Positions 54,033-62,932 of a stretch of 64,000 nucleotides of DNA are shown here, in pieces (within the stretch, counting starts at the first letter, position 1; each line of letters opens with the position of its first letter). The notes under the pieces were generated by a model. That model was not told where the DNA came from and did no database searches. It saw only the letters and a list, made by a program, of their open reading frames with translations. The position numbers and the translations under genes are program-made. The DNA is taken from positions 209,328 through 273,327 of the forward strand of contig PAAJ01000018.1 in assembly GCA_002702575.1 (NCBI GenBank), written 5' to 3'. Source of the stretch: Phycisphaerae bacterium (GTDB lineage Bacteria; Planctomycetota; Phycisphaerae; Phycisphaerales; SM1A02).

Positions 54033-54842
54033 TCAGCCTGAGGAAAGCGCTTCGCCTCGATCATGTGCAGCCTGGATGCCCTGGCGAATCGCACGATCAA
54101 CCTGATCATTGATCAACGACAAGATGGCGGCTTCCGTCGTCCCGCCGGGAGTGGCGACTGCTTTTCGCAACGCTCCGGGGGAAATGCCCGTGTCAGCAAG
54201 CAGTCTTCCCGTCCCGGCCATCGTCTCTGCAACCAGTTGTGCAGAGGCTTCAGGATCAATGCCGAGCTCGATGGCATGTGCCAGCATGGCTTCCGCGATG
54301 AATGCCAGATAGCCCGGACCGGAACCACTCAGGGCCGTGACGGCCCACAGGTTGGTTTCCGGCAGCAGCACGGTCTTGCCCAGTGTTCCGAAGACGGCCT
54401 TTGCAAAGGTCACATCATCATCAGTTGCTGTTTCGGAAGGCATCACGGCACACATGCCAGCATGAACTCGGACGGGGGCATTGGGCATCACGCAGATCAC
54501 GCGGGTGCCACTCCCCAATGCGGTTCGAATGGTGTCGCTGCCGATACCGGCCATGACGGAAACGACCAGGCGGTCCTGGGGTCCATGACCCAGCTGAGTG
54601 ACGGCTTCTGCAAACTGCTGAGGACGGACGGCGAGAATGAGCCGTTCACAGGTCGCCAGACCATCCGGTGATTCGATGAGTTGGATGCCCAGACCGGAGA
54701 GGCGATCCCTTCGTTGGGAATCTCGATCTGCAATGACCGTTCGAGCAGGATCGAGTACCCCTGCCTTGAGCGCTGCCGAGAGGATCATGGAGCCCATTTC
54801 TCCACATCCCACGAAGCCGACGAGTTGCGTTTCCTGAGTCAT
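54033..54842 (-). CDS. proC: pyrroline-5-carboxylate reductase
   Basis: VGFVGCGEMGSMI Rossmann N-terminus and TPGGTTEAAI. Confidence 0.88.
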   Translation of the reverse strand: MTQETQLVGFVGCGEMGSMILSAALKAGVLDPARTVIADRDSQRRDRLSGLGIQLIESPDGLATCERLILAVRPQQFAEAVTQLGHGPQDRLVVSVMAGIGSDTIRTALGSGTRVICVMPNAPVRVHAGMCAVMPSETATDDDVTFAKAVFGTLGKTVLLPETNLWAVTALSGSGPGYLAFIAEAMLAHAIELGIDPEASAQLVAETMAGTGRLLADTGISPGALRKAVATPGGTTEAAILSLINDQVDRAIRQGIQAAHDRGEALSSG

Positions 54843-54923
54843 TTTCGGTCCTCGTAATCAGGCGAATGGATGGATGCTCGTCATGGCACGGTACAATGGA
54901 TCGAGAAAACAGGTGTACTCAGA

Positions 54924-55892
54924 ATGACATCAGCCAGCACGACAGTCCTGCCCTTCGAGGAACCGGTTCGAGAACTGGAACGCCAGATCGAGTCACTGGA
55001 GGCGCGTCCCGACGCCGAGGACATGGCTGCGGAGATCACGAGCCTTCGTGCGAACAGGGACAGTCTTCTGCAGAAGATCTACGACAATCTCTCGGCGTGG
55101 GATGTCGTGAGAATCGCACGTCATCCCGGGCGTCCTCAGACTCCCGACTACATTCACATGATCTGCAGGGATTTCCGTGAGCTCCACGGAGATCGGCAGT
55201 ATGGAGATGATCGCAGCATCCTCACAGGGTTGGGTCGCATCGGCCCGTTCAAGGTTCTGATCGTTGGACATCAGAAGGGGCGAACGACCGAGGAACGCAT
55301 CGCGTGCAACTTCGGTTGTGCGCATCCGGAGGGCTACCGCAAAGCGTTGAAGAAGATGAAGCTGGCCGAGAAGTATGGTCTGCCCATCGTGACGCTCATC
55401 GATACGCCCGGAGCCTATCCAGGTGTGCAGGCTGAGGAACGTGGCCAGGCGGAAGCCATTGCGGTGAACCTCAGAGAGATGAGCCGGTTGAATACACCGA
55501 TTCTTTCGATCGTGATCGGTGAGGGCGGATCGGGGGGTGCGTTGGGAATCGGCGTGGGAGACCGCGTCGACATGATGCAGTATGCCTGGTACTCGGTGAT
55601 CAGCCCGGAAGGGTGTGCTGCGATTCTCTGGAAGGAAGCCAACGAGCGGACCAACTCCGCTGCGGCTGAATCACTCTGCCTGACCGCAAAGGACAACCTT
55701 TCCAATGGGCTCGTGGATCAGGTCGTGCCAGAGCCGGTGGGTGGCGCGCATCGGGATCAAACGGCGGCTGGCGAGGTCATGGAGCGGCACATCGTCGATC
55801 GTCTTCGTGAACTGACTCGATTCAACTCCCGGACACTCGTGGACCGTCGATATGAGAAGTTCAGGAACATCGGTGCCATTTCCAACTCCTGA
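54924..55892 (+). CDS. accA: acetyl-CoA carboxylase carboxyltransferase alpha subunit
   Basis: IDTPGAYPGVQAEERGQAEAIA and IVIGEGGSGGALGIG. Start at MTSASTT, with AGGTG 8 nt upstream. Confidence 0.9.
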   Translation: MTSASTTVLPFEEPVRELERQIESLEARPDAEDMAAEITSLRANRDSLLQKIYDNLSAWDVVRIARHPGRPQTPDYIHMICRDFRELHGDRQYGDDRSILTGLGRIGPFKVLIVGHQKGRTTEERIACNFGCAHPEGYRKALKKMKLAEKYGLPIVTLIDTPGAYPGVQAEERGQAEAIAVNLREMSRLNTPILSIVIGEGGSGGALGIGVGDRVDMMQYAWYSVISPEGCAAILWKEANERTNSAAAESLCLTAKDNLSNGLVDQVVPEPVGGAHRDQTAAGEVMERHIVDRLRELTRFNSRTLVDRRYEKFRNIGAISNS

Positions 55893-55946
55893 AGCGGTCT
55901 CTGGGACCTCCAAGGGCCGATGATCCTGGCCGTCGGGGCCTGTTCA

Positions 55947-55975
55947 TTGACGCGGGAGGCCATCACAAGTAAATT
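55947..55975 (+). promoter_or_regulatory. candidate sigma70-type promoter (-35 TTGACG, 17 nt, -10 TAAATT)
   Basis: Hexamers read directly from the sequence, about 90 nt upstream of the DksA-like gene. No experimental support. Confidence 0.3.
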
Positions 55976-56062
55976 GCCCCGTTCCCTTGTCGACGTCAAT
56001 GACCCTTGGTGGTCTATAAGTGTTGATATGACATCATCTTAGGGCGCAACGGCGTATCCAGA

Positions 56063-57007
56063 GTGGCCAAGAAGAAGACCAGCAGCAAGAAAGCAACAAA
56101 GAAGGCCAGGACCACGTCCCGGTCAACAGGTGGTCGTGCAACCACCAAGAAGTCTGCTTCCAAGAAGAAGGCCACTGCCAAGAAGGCTCCAGCCAAGAAG
56201 AAGTCTGCTTCCAAGAAGAAGACCACTGCCAAGAAGGCTCCCGCCAAGAAGAAGGCTCCCGCCAAGAAGAAGGCTCCAGTCAAGAAGAAAGCCACCGCCA
56301 AGAAGGCTGCGACCAAGAAGGCTGTGAGCAAGAAGGCTGCAACCAAGAAGGCTGCAACCAAGAAGGCTGCGACCAAGAAGGCTGGAAGCAAGAAAGCGGC
56401 TTCCAAGAAGGCGAGTGCCAAGAAATCAGGTGAGGATGCGCCGGTCCGACGTCGACGTCGGCAGACGGTCGTTGAAGCCGTCCTGGCTTCCGAAACGGAT
56501 GCTCGAGGATTCGTGATCGTCAACGGTCGCAAGATCCGCCGAATCTCCGCGGAACCCGCCAAGAAGACTCGCAAGAGATCGACTGCGGCCGATGATGCTG
56601 CGAAGCTCAAGAAGGCTGCGGACAGCAAGCCGGTCAAGACCAAGTTGAGCAAGCAGGAACTGGATCAATTCAAGGCGCTTCTGATCTCCAAACGTCGCGA
56701 ATTGCTCGCAGCAGTTGATTCGATGGAGTTCGAAGCCCTTCGTTCTGATGATGGTGACACCTCGAGTATGCCGATTCACATGGCTGATGTCGGCTCCGAT
56801 GTCTATGAACAGGATCTGATGCTGGGCATGGCGGCCAGTGAACGTCAGAGAATCCGAGATATCGATGAAGCGCTTCAGCGAATTGCCGACGGTACCTATG
56901 GTGTCTGCGCGCTGACTCGCAAGGCCATTTCGAAGAAGCGGCTGAATGCAAAGCCGTGGGCAAAGTACACCATCGATGCTGCTCGGAAGATCGAGCGAGG
57001 CTTGTGA
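56063..57007 (+). CDS. DksA/TraR-family protein with N-terminal Lys/Ala-rich histone-H1-like repeat domain
   Basis: GTG start. About 120 aa of KKA/KKAP repeats, then [14 protein letters not shown]...[40 protein letters not shown], which aligns to the DksA coiled-coil tip and C4 region. Confidence 0.8.
   Translation: MAKKKTSSKKATKKARTTSRSTGGRATTKKSASKKKATAKKAPAKKKSASKKKTTAKKAPAKKKAPAKKKAPVKKKATAKKAATKKAVSKKAATKKAATKKAATKKAGSKKAASKKASAKKSGEDAPVRRRRRQTVVEAVLASETDARGFVIVNGRKIRRISAEPAKKTRKRSTAADDAAKLKKAADSKPVKTKLSKQELDQFKALLISKRRELLAAVDSMEFEALRSDDGDTSSMPIHMADVGSDVYEQDLMLGMAASERQRIRDIDEALQRIADGTYGVCALTRKAISKKRLNAKPWAKYTIDAARKIERGL
56153..56424 (+). repeat. in-frame tandem repeats (51 bp x2, then 15-18 bp units x about 12)
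   Basis: 56153-56203 and 56204-56254 differ at 2 positions. These are followed by aaggctcccgccaagaag and gctgcaaccaagaag type units. Confidence 0.8.
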
Positions 57008-57684
57008 GTGCCGAGCGTTGTGCCAACCGGACATGGGCTTCGCCGAGATGCTGGGCGATTCTGCTGCTGGTGGTCGTCGTTGGTCTGAGTCTCGACTTGT
57101 GGACCAAATCATGGGCCTTTGAACACGTGGCTGGTCAGCCCGTCGTGATTTCGCGGCAAGCGCTTCTCGACAATCCTTCCTACAACCCGATTCCGTTTCA
57201 TGAGGGTCAGGTTTTCATCCCCGGACGAATGCTGAACTTTCATCTGGTTCTCAATTCGGGAGCGGTCTTCGGAATCGGCAGTGAACAACGTGGATTCTTC
57301 ATCGTGTTCACGGTTGTGGCCGTCATGGTTGCGATCTACATCTTCGGATGGCAGACCAGGCCCAGAAGTACTCTGGCTCATGTCGGGATCGGCCTCGTCC
57401 TCGCCGGTGCACTGGGAAACCTCTGGGACCGTCTGGCGCTCGGTCGCGTGCGGGATTTCCTCCATATGTTTCCCGACAGGCACCTGCCCTTCGGGCTCAA
57501 CTGGTTCGGTGGGGGGTCCGAGGTCTTTCCCTGGGTCTTCAACATCGCTGATGTGCTCTTGCTCCTTGGAATGGCGGTCCTGCTGGTCCATCTGCACTTC
57601 TCTGATCAGCAGCAACGATCTGATCAGTCCAAGGCGGATCCAGTGGAGGCAGGAGAGGGTTCTGAAGGCTCCAAGCCCTCCTGA
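57004..57684 (+). CDS. lspA: lipoprotein signal peptidase II
   Basis: LDLWTKSWAF, NSGAVFGIG, NLWDRLALGRVRDF and FNIADV. The GTG start overlaps the upstream stop (GTGA). Confidence 0.85.
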   Translation: MSAERCANRTWASPRCWAILLLVVVVGLSLDLWTKSWAFEHVAGQPVVISRQALLDNPSYNPIPFHEGQVFIPGRMLNFHLVLNSGAVFGIGSEQRGFFIVFTVVAVMVAIYIFGWQTRPRSTLAHVGIGLVLAGALGNLWDRLALGRVRDFLHMFPDRHLPFGLNWFGGGSEVFPWVFNIADVLLLLGMAVLLVHLHFSDQQQRSDQSKADPVEAGEGSEGSKPS

Positions 57685-57741
57685 GGCCCGGATGCTACGC
57701 ATGGCATGGCGAATGAACTCTTCCTACAATGGCCCTTCTCT

Positions 57742-57829
57742 GGACAGGTGTCCGAGCGGCTGAAGGAGCGGCACTGGAAATGCCGTGTACGGGTTTCCCG
57801 TACCGTGGGTTCGAATCCCACCCTGTCCG
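57742..57829 (+). tRNA. tRNA-Ser (anticodon GGA)
   Basis: Acceptor GGACAGG/CCTGTCC, anticodon arm CGGCA-CTGGAAA-TGCCG, long variable arm and T-arm GTGGG-TTCGAAT-CCCAC. Confidence 0.9.
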
Positions 57830-57873
57830 CTTCAGGCGTCCCTCAATTGGAGGGGCGTCTTCCAGATGATTCG

Positions 57874-57948
57874 CGGGCTGTAGCGCAGCTTGGTTAGCGC
57901 GCTTGACTGGGGGTCAAGAGGTCGACGGTTCGAATCCGTCCAGCCCGA
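57874..57948 (+). tRNA. tRNA-Pro (anticodon GGG)
   Basis: CGGGCTG-TA-GCGC-AGCTTGGTTA-GCGC-G-CTTGA-CTGGGGG-TCAAG-AGGTC-GACGG-TTCGAAT-CCGTC-CAGCCCG-A. Confidence 0.9.
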
Positions 57949-57978
57949 TTCGGCTCGGTCCCGGTGGCCGAGCCGAAT
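57948..57978 (+). other. 11-bp perfect inverted repeat immediately 3' of tRNA-Pro
   Basis: ATTCGGCTCGG / CCGAGCCGAAT with a 9-nt loop. No U-tract follows. It lies between convergent transcription units. Confidence 0.4.
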
Positions 57979-58008
57979 GTCCATCGGGACCGCGGATCGC
58001 CCATGGCT

Positions 58009-58926
58009 TCAGTCACCGGTGTTTCCGCCACAGATGACGATTGCCACATGCGATTTTGTCCAGCGGGTTCTGGTCTGCTGGTAGGCCGCCACCGCAACGC
58101 CAGCGGCGCCTTCGATCGACATGCCATGTTGTTTCACGAGGGAGACGGCATTCATGATCTCGGTTTCATCCACCAGCACCCAGTCATCCACATGGTCCCT
58201 GCAGAGCTCGAACGTGATGGCACCCGGTTCGACGCCACCGGCTGTCGCGTCACTCAATGTCGGGCTGCACTCCACATCGATGATCTGACCGGCTTCGATG
58301 CATCTCAGCATCGCAGGTGATCGAGTGGGGAGACATCCAATGATCTGGATGTCGGGCCACCGGGACTTGAGTGCAGCAGCCATTCCCGAGATCAGGCCAC
58401 CTCCTCCAACGGCGACGAACACGGCATCGAGGTGATCAATCTGTCGAGTCAGTTCAGTGCCCACGGTTCCCTGCCCTGCAACGACAGCCGGGTCGTTGTA
58501 GGGAGAGATGAAGCATCGTCCAGTTTCAGCGGCCATCCTACGAGCCTGTGTTTCGGCCTCCATGCAGTCATCGCCATGGATTTCAACGGTGAGACCCATT
58601 GATTCGAGTCTGGCTTTCTTGCTTTGGGTGATGGTTCCGGGTGCATAGATCAGGACATCGTCAATGGCCGTCTTCCCAGCTGCCCATGCGACTGCCAAGG
58701 CATGATTTCCGGTGGAAGCGGCCACAAGTCCCCGACTGGGGGAAGTCTGGTCCGTCTGGAGCAGACGATTCAGCGCGCCTCGTGCCTTGAAGGACCCGGT
58801 GTGCTGCTGGTTCTCAAGCTTGAGCTGGACATCGTTGCCAAGCCAGGGTGCCTGCTTCACTGCCGTCTGGACGACATGAGGTCGCAATCGGATGTCGGCT
58901 TGTTCGACCTGGTCCTTGAGGTCCAT
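58009..58926 (-). CDS. PLP-dependent threonine/serine dehydratase family enzyme
   Basis: HTGSFKARGALN contains the PLP lysine, and GGGGLISG is present. The ATG at 58926 has AGGAG 6 nt upstream. The longer alternative starts at 58965. Confidence 0.8.
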   Translation of the reverse strand: MDLKDQVEQADIRLRPHVVQTAVKQAPWLGNDVQLKLENQQHTGSFKARGALNRLLQTDQTSPSRGLVAASTGNHALAVAWAAGKTAIDDVLIYAPGTITQSKKARLESMGLTVEIHGDDCMEAETQARRMAAETGRCFISPYNDPAVVAGQGTVGTELTRQIDHLDAVFVAVGGGGLISGMAAALKSRWPDIQIIGCLPTRSPAMLRCIEAGQIIDVECSPTLSDATAGGVEPGAITFELCRDHVDDWVLVDETEIMNAVSLVKQHGMSIEGAAGVAVAAYQQTRTRWTKSHVAIVICGGNTGD

Positions 58927-58999
58927 CGAAGGCTCCTGAAGCCTTTGATCGACAGGTCGGATCAAGGCCTTTTTTCTTTCCTACCGGTACAGTACACGC

Positions 59000-59641
59000 A
59001 TGACTGACCATGGCCACGACAACCTCACGATACTGGACCATCCGCTGATTCAGGACAAGATGGCAAGGCTGCGTGATGAGTCGACCTCACATGAGGATTT
59101 CAGGCGATTGATCGGTCAGGTCGCCGGGCTGATGACCTTCCAGGCCAGTCGAGATCTGCCGATCGTCTCCTCGACTGTTCGAACACCACTGGAGGAAGTC
59201 GAAGCGACTCGTCTCTCCGCACCAGTGACGCTCGTGCCAATTCTCAGAGCAGGACTTGGCATGGTCGAGGGCATCATTGCACTGATGCCCGAAGCCAATG
59301 TCGGACACATCGGTCTCTATCGTGATGAGAGCACGCTTGAGCCTGTGACCTATTACTGCAAGTTGCCTGCGATGATCGCGGAGGGGCCTGTGTTTCTCGT
59401 CGATCCAATGCTCGCAACGGGTGGTTCGGCGATTGCTGCGACCGAGGTCCTGCAGACCCATGGGTGCCGGGACATTCGACTGATCTGTCTGGTGGCGGCA
59501 CCTGAGGGCGTTCGGGCGATGGCCGAGGCCCATCCCGGAGTTCGAATATTCGTCGCGGCGCTCGATCGTGAACTGAATGACGTCGGTTTCATCGTTCCCG
59601 GTCTCGGGGATGCCGGTGACCGCATCTTCGGTACCCGTTGA
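59000..59641 (+). CDS. upp: uracil phosphoribosyltransferase
   Basis: ILDHPLIQDKMARLRD, VPILRAGLGM and LVDPMLATGGSA. Confidence 0.9.
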   Translation: MTDHGHDNLTILDHPLIQDKMARLRDESTSHEDFRRLIGQVAGLMTFQASRDLPIVSSTVRTPLEEVEATRLSAPVTLVPILRAGLGMVEGIIALMPEANVGHIGLYRDESTLEPVTYYCKLPAMIAEGPVFLVDPMLATGGSAIAATEVLQTHGCRDIRLICLVAAPEGVRAMAEAHPGVRIFVAALDRELNDVGFIVPGLGDAGDRIFGTR

Positions 59642-59670
59642 GTACGTGTGGTGAGGCATTCCGCACACTG

Positions 59671-59698
59671 AGGGCATGACAGCCCTCGTTTCCTTCCA
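59671..59698 (+). terminator. weak hairpin plus T/C-rich tail after upp
   Basis: GAGGGC-ATGACA-GCCCTC followed by GTTTCCTTCC. The stem is short, so confidence is low. Confidence 0.3.
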
Positions 59699-59851
59699 AG
59701 ATTGCTGATTTGAGTGTTGTCAGACGAGGTGAGCAGGCTATTTTCACTATGTCGGGGGGATGGCTGAGGGCGGCCGGGCGTATCGCGTTCTACCGAAGCC
59801 ATTCGAAATGAACCAGATGCCATTGTCGGCCAGGAAAAGGACCGGGTTCGC

Positions 59852-60877
59852 ATGAAGCTCATCATCAACGTTGCAATCGTGTTCGCTGTCAGTGCGGGGG
59901 TCGCTTCTGCGAGCAGCCAGACTCGACTTGGATGTGATTCGGATATCAATGCTGATGCGCTGGTGGATGTCAGTGATGTGCTCGACATCGTCTCCGCATG
60001 GGGTACGAACGATCACGATACGGATGGTGACGGCAATTGTGGCGTCCATGAGATTCTGCAGGTTCTCGAAGAGTTCGGGCGGACCTGTCATCCATTCACC
60101 AATGACGTGACGGTGACGATGGACTACGACGATGGAGTCGCCATCGTGATGGGAAGTGGTCTGGCGGACCATCCCATGGGGCCCTTCGACGGTTCGGAAG
60201 GCTGCTTCAATCCCAATACACCCACGGCGCAGAATTTCACGTGGTACATCCCGCTCAACCCTGTCGTCACCAATCAACCTTCAGTCGATCTCATGAACAC
60301 TCTGGGAGCAGTCGGTGTCTGTACGAATGGCGTCTCTCTTTACAACCCGTATGACGGTGGCATGACCGATGCTCCAAGTACGATTTGTTTCGACGAGTAC
60401 AACGCGCATCCGTCACCAGATGGTTCCTATCACTATCACCAGGCTTCTGACTGGGCATACGAATTGGACAATGCGGGTCATTCGATCCTGATGGGATACG
60501 AGTTCGATGGTTTTCCCGTGTATGGGCCGTATGAGAGCCCCGGGGTCTTTGCCAAGGATCTGACCGGTGAGATGGCCCTGGATGAATGCAATGGCCACTA
60601 TGACGAAGTCCGAGGTTGGCATTACCACGCCATTTCATTCGAACTTGATGTGAATGGTTTTCCCTGGGTTGCCGGTTGTTACCGGGGTGACCCAGATCCG
60701 CGGAATTTCACAGGTGGTGGTGGCGGTGGTCCACCCGGTGGTGGGTGTGACGGCTGTGCTCAGAACATGATTCCACCACCCGTCTGTTTCTGTGTTCATA
60801 CGACCCCGGGCTACGCGTATTGCTGTACGGACTGGGATTCAACCTGTCAGGCCTATGCGGATCAATTCTGCCCGTAA
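59852..60877 (+). CDS. secreted YHYH-domain protein with dockerin-like N-terminal repeats and Cys-rich tail
   Basis: Signal peptide. DINADALVDVSDVLDIVSAWG and DTDGDGNCGVHEILQVL repeats. GSYHYHQ, DGFPVYGP, CNGHYD and GWHYHA motifs. Gly/Pro hinge followed by 7 Cys in the last ~45 aa. Confidence 0.75.
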   Translation: MKLIINVAIVFAVSAGVASASSQTRLGCDSDINADALVDVSDVLDIVSAWGTNDHDTDGDGNCGVHEILQVLEEFGRTCHPFTNDVTVTMDYDDGVAIVMGSGLADHPMGPFDGSEGCFNPNTPTAQNFTWYIPLNPVVTNQPSVDLMNTLGAVGVCTNGVSLYNPYDGGMTDAPSTICFDEYNAHPSPDGSYHYHQASDWAYELDNAGHSILMGYEFDGFPVYGPYESPGVFAKDLTGEMALDECNGHYDEVRGWHYHAISFELDVNGFPWVAGCYRGDPDPRNFTGGGGGGPPGGGCDGCAQNMIPPPVCFCVHTTPGYAYCCTDWDSTCQAYADQFCP

Positions 60878-60932
60878 AAAATCCTGTACGGACTGCTTGA
60901 AAGTCAGGTGCTTTGACAGGACACTCACTTCC

Positions 60933-61526
60933 ATGTCCTCCAGAATGCTCGCCATTTCCGTACTCCTCTCCGTTTGCACGATGCTGGGCTGTTCCAGTAC
61001 TCCAGCTTCAACATCCGTTGGAACGAGAGCAGTGAATCCTGATCTGAAGAAGGCGCTCCAGGGTCAGCCCGGTGAGGTTGCCGTCCTGATCTTCGCCAGT
61101 CCCGACTGCCCCATTTCCAATGCGCTGGCTCCCGAGTATCAGCGCGTTCATGAGCAGCTCCTGGAAGGTGGGGGGCGCATGTACCTTGTTCACGCTCGAG
61201 GTGATGTGACCCGATCAGCTGCTGAGAAGCATGCCGAGGCCTACAAACTTCAGATGGAAGTCCTGTTGGATCCGCAGCAGTATCTGGTTCAGAAGATGGA
61301 TGCAACGGTCACGCCCGAAGCGGTGGTTCTTCTCTTCAAGGATGATGGCAGCTGGAAGAAAATCTACCAGGGCAAGATCAACGATCTCTACGCATCCCTC
61401 GGCAATCGTCGAGATCATCCCACGCAGTTCTGGCTGCGAGATGCGATTGATGCATCATTCAGAGGTGAGGCGGTCGAGATCGCCTATCGGGCGCCGCTGG
61501 GTTGCTATATCGAGCGGATTCGTTGA
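60933..61526 (+). CDS. thioredoxin-fold (redoxin-like) lipoprotein
   Basis: Lipobox CTMLGC. VAVLIFASPDCPISNALAPEY has a single Cys where CxxC usually sits. VTPEAVVL is also present. Confidence 0.65.
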   Translation: MSSRMLAISVLLSVCTMLGCSSTPASTSVGTRAVNPDLKKALQGQPGEVAVLIFASPDCPISNALAPEYQRVHEQLLEGGGRMYLVHARGDVTRSAAEKHAEAYKLQMEVLLDPQQYLVQKMDATVTPEAVVLLFKDDGSWKKIYQGKINDLYASLGNRRDHPTQFWLRDAIDASFRGEAVEIAYRAPLGCYIERIR

Positions 61527-62818
61527 GTGCGCTTCTGCTGATTCTGTTTCAGCAGTTGCCCGCAGGCACAATCGCGCCGACCTGGCATGGTGATATTCGT
61601 GAGATCCTCGCAGGTCATTGCATGGCCTGTCATCACGAGGAGGGATCCGGTCCCTTCTCGCTCCAGACAATCGAGAATGTCCGTTCAAGGGCGACCTTCA
61701 TCGAAACCGTGATCAAGCAGGGCATCATGCCGCCATGGCTACCGTCATCGAAGGCCACACCTCTGGAGAATCATCGCGGTCTGTCGCAGCAGGAACAGGA
61801 ACTCTTTTCCCGGTGGATCAAGGCCGGTATGCCCGCAGGATCTCCGGATGAGTTCCGGATGCAATCGCCTTCCCGGCTTCAAATGGATCCGCCCGACATC
61901 GAGTTGAAGATGCCGGCGCCGTGGCCGATTCCTGCGGAGGGCAGTCAGAACTGGGGTCGAGTCACGCGGGACAAGCGGTCATTCGTTCTTCCGCTGAACA
62001 ACAATCGAACACTCAGAATCCGCAGTATCCGCCATCGGAGTCACGTGCCGAAGGCCGTTCATGCCGTGACATTCCTCGCCGATACGACCGGTTCGGGTCG
62101 CTATCTCGATGACCAGGACAATGGACCCGGGTACTACATGGCGGGTGATGTCCGGGATACGCCAAGTGGTGATCTGGGGGGAGTGGGTGTCGGCGCACGA
62201 CATCTTGTCCTGCCGGATGGCTATCACTGGTCGATCCAGCCAGAATCGGATCTGTTGATGCAGGTCAATTTTCGCCCCACTGGACGCATCGAGTTTCTTG
62301 ATGAGGAGATCCATCTCTGGGAGACGGATCAATCCGACAGTCGCCCCCTGCGAACACTCTCGATGATGGTGCGCAGAGTGGACGTGCCGGCTGGCAAATC
62401 CGTGACGATTCAGGATTCCCGCAAGCTGCCGGTTGATGTCGATCTGGTCGGCTTCACGCCTCGAGCCAATGGAATCGTGACTCGACTGGATCTCAAGGCC
62501 AGGCTGCCGGATGGTGAGGAACGAGTCCTGCTGCAGATTCCCGAGCATGATCCTCACTGGATCCAGACCTGGCTCCTGGAGAATCCCATGAGGCTTCCTG
62601 CTGGGACCATCCTGAGCGGCTCATGGACCTTGGCCAATACGGAGGAGAATCCAAGGAATCCATTTCTGCCGCTGGATCGATACGTGGCGGCTCGTCGCAG
62701 TGGCGTGCTGTCCATTCTCCTCCATGCCGCAGCCTGCGATCCCGATCAGGATGCCGTGCTTCTTGAATGGCAGCGGAAGCAGGCGGCGATTCCGATGAAA
62801 CCCATCGACTCCAGATGA
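61502..62818 (+). CDS. hypothetical protein with N-terminal c-type heme motif (CxxCH)
   Basis: HGDIREILAGHCMACHHEEGSGPFSL...IMPPWLP. The start is uncertain: TTG at 61502, or TTG at 61523 overlapping the upstream stop. Confidence 0.6.
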   Translation: MLYRADSLSALLLILFQQLPAGTIAPTWHGDIREILAGHCMACHHEEGSGPFSLQTIENVRSRATFIETVIKQGIMPPWLPSSKATPLENHRGLSQQEQELFSRWIKAGMPAGSPDEFRMQSPSRLQMDPPDIELKMPAPWPIPAEGSQNWGRVTRDKRSFVLPLNNNRTLRIRSIRHRSHVPKAVHAVTFLADTTGSGRYLDDQDNGPGYYMAGDVRDTPSGDLGGVGVGARHLVLPDGYHWSIQPESDLLMQVNFRPTGRIEFLDEEIHLWETDQSDSRPLRTLSMMVRRVDVPAGKSVTIQDSRKLPVDVDLVGFTPRANGIVTRLDLKARLPDGEERVLLQIPEHDPHWIQTWLLENPMRLPAGTILSGSWTLANTEENPRNPFLPLDRYVAARRSGVLSILLHAAACDPDQDAVLLEWQRKQAAIPMKPIDSR

Positions 62819-62932
62819 TGTTCCAGGCGAAGGCCAGTTGCATGGCTTGATCCATGCCGTGATTCTGCGATAGGCTGAACCCGGCATGGAACGACGTGAT
62901 TCCATCTGCCGCACCCCTTCAATGCTGCACTC

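Noticed and set aside
56014-56652. 212-aa minus-strand ORF with striking [12 protein letters not shown] repeats that looks like a repetitive membrane protein.
   Set aside because: It is the reverse-complement reading of the KKAATKK repeat region. The plus-strand frame continues into a clear DksA/TraR domain, so the plus strand is the coding strand.
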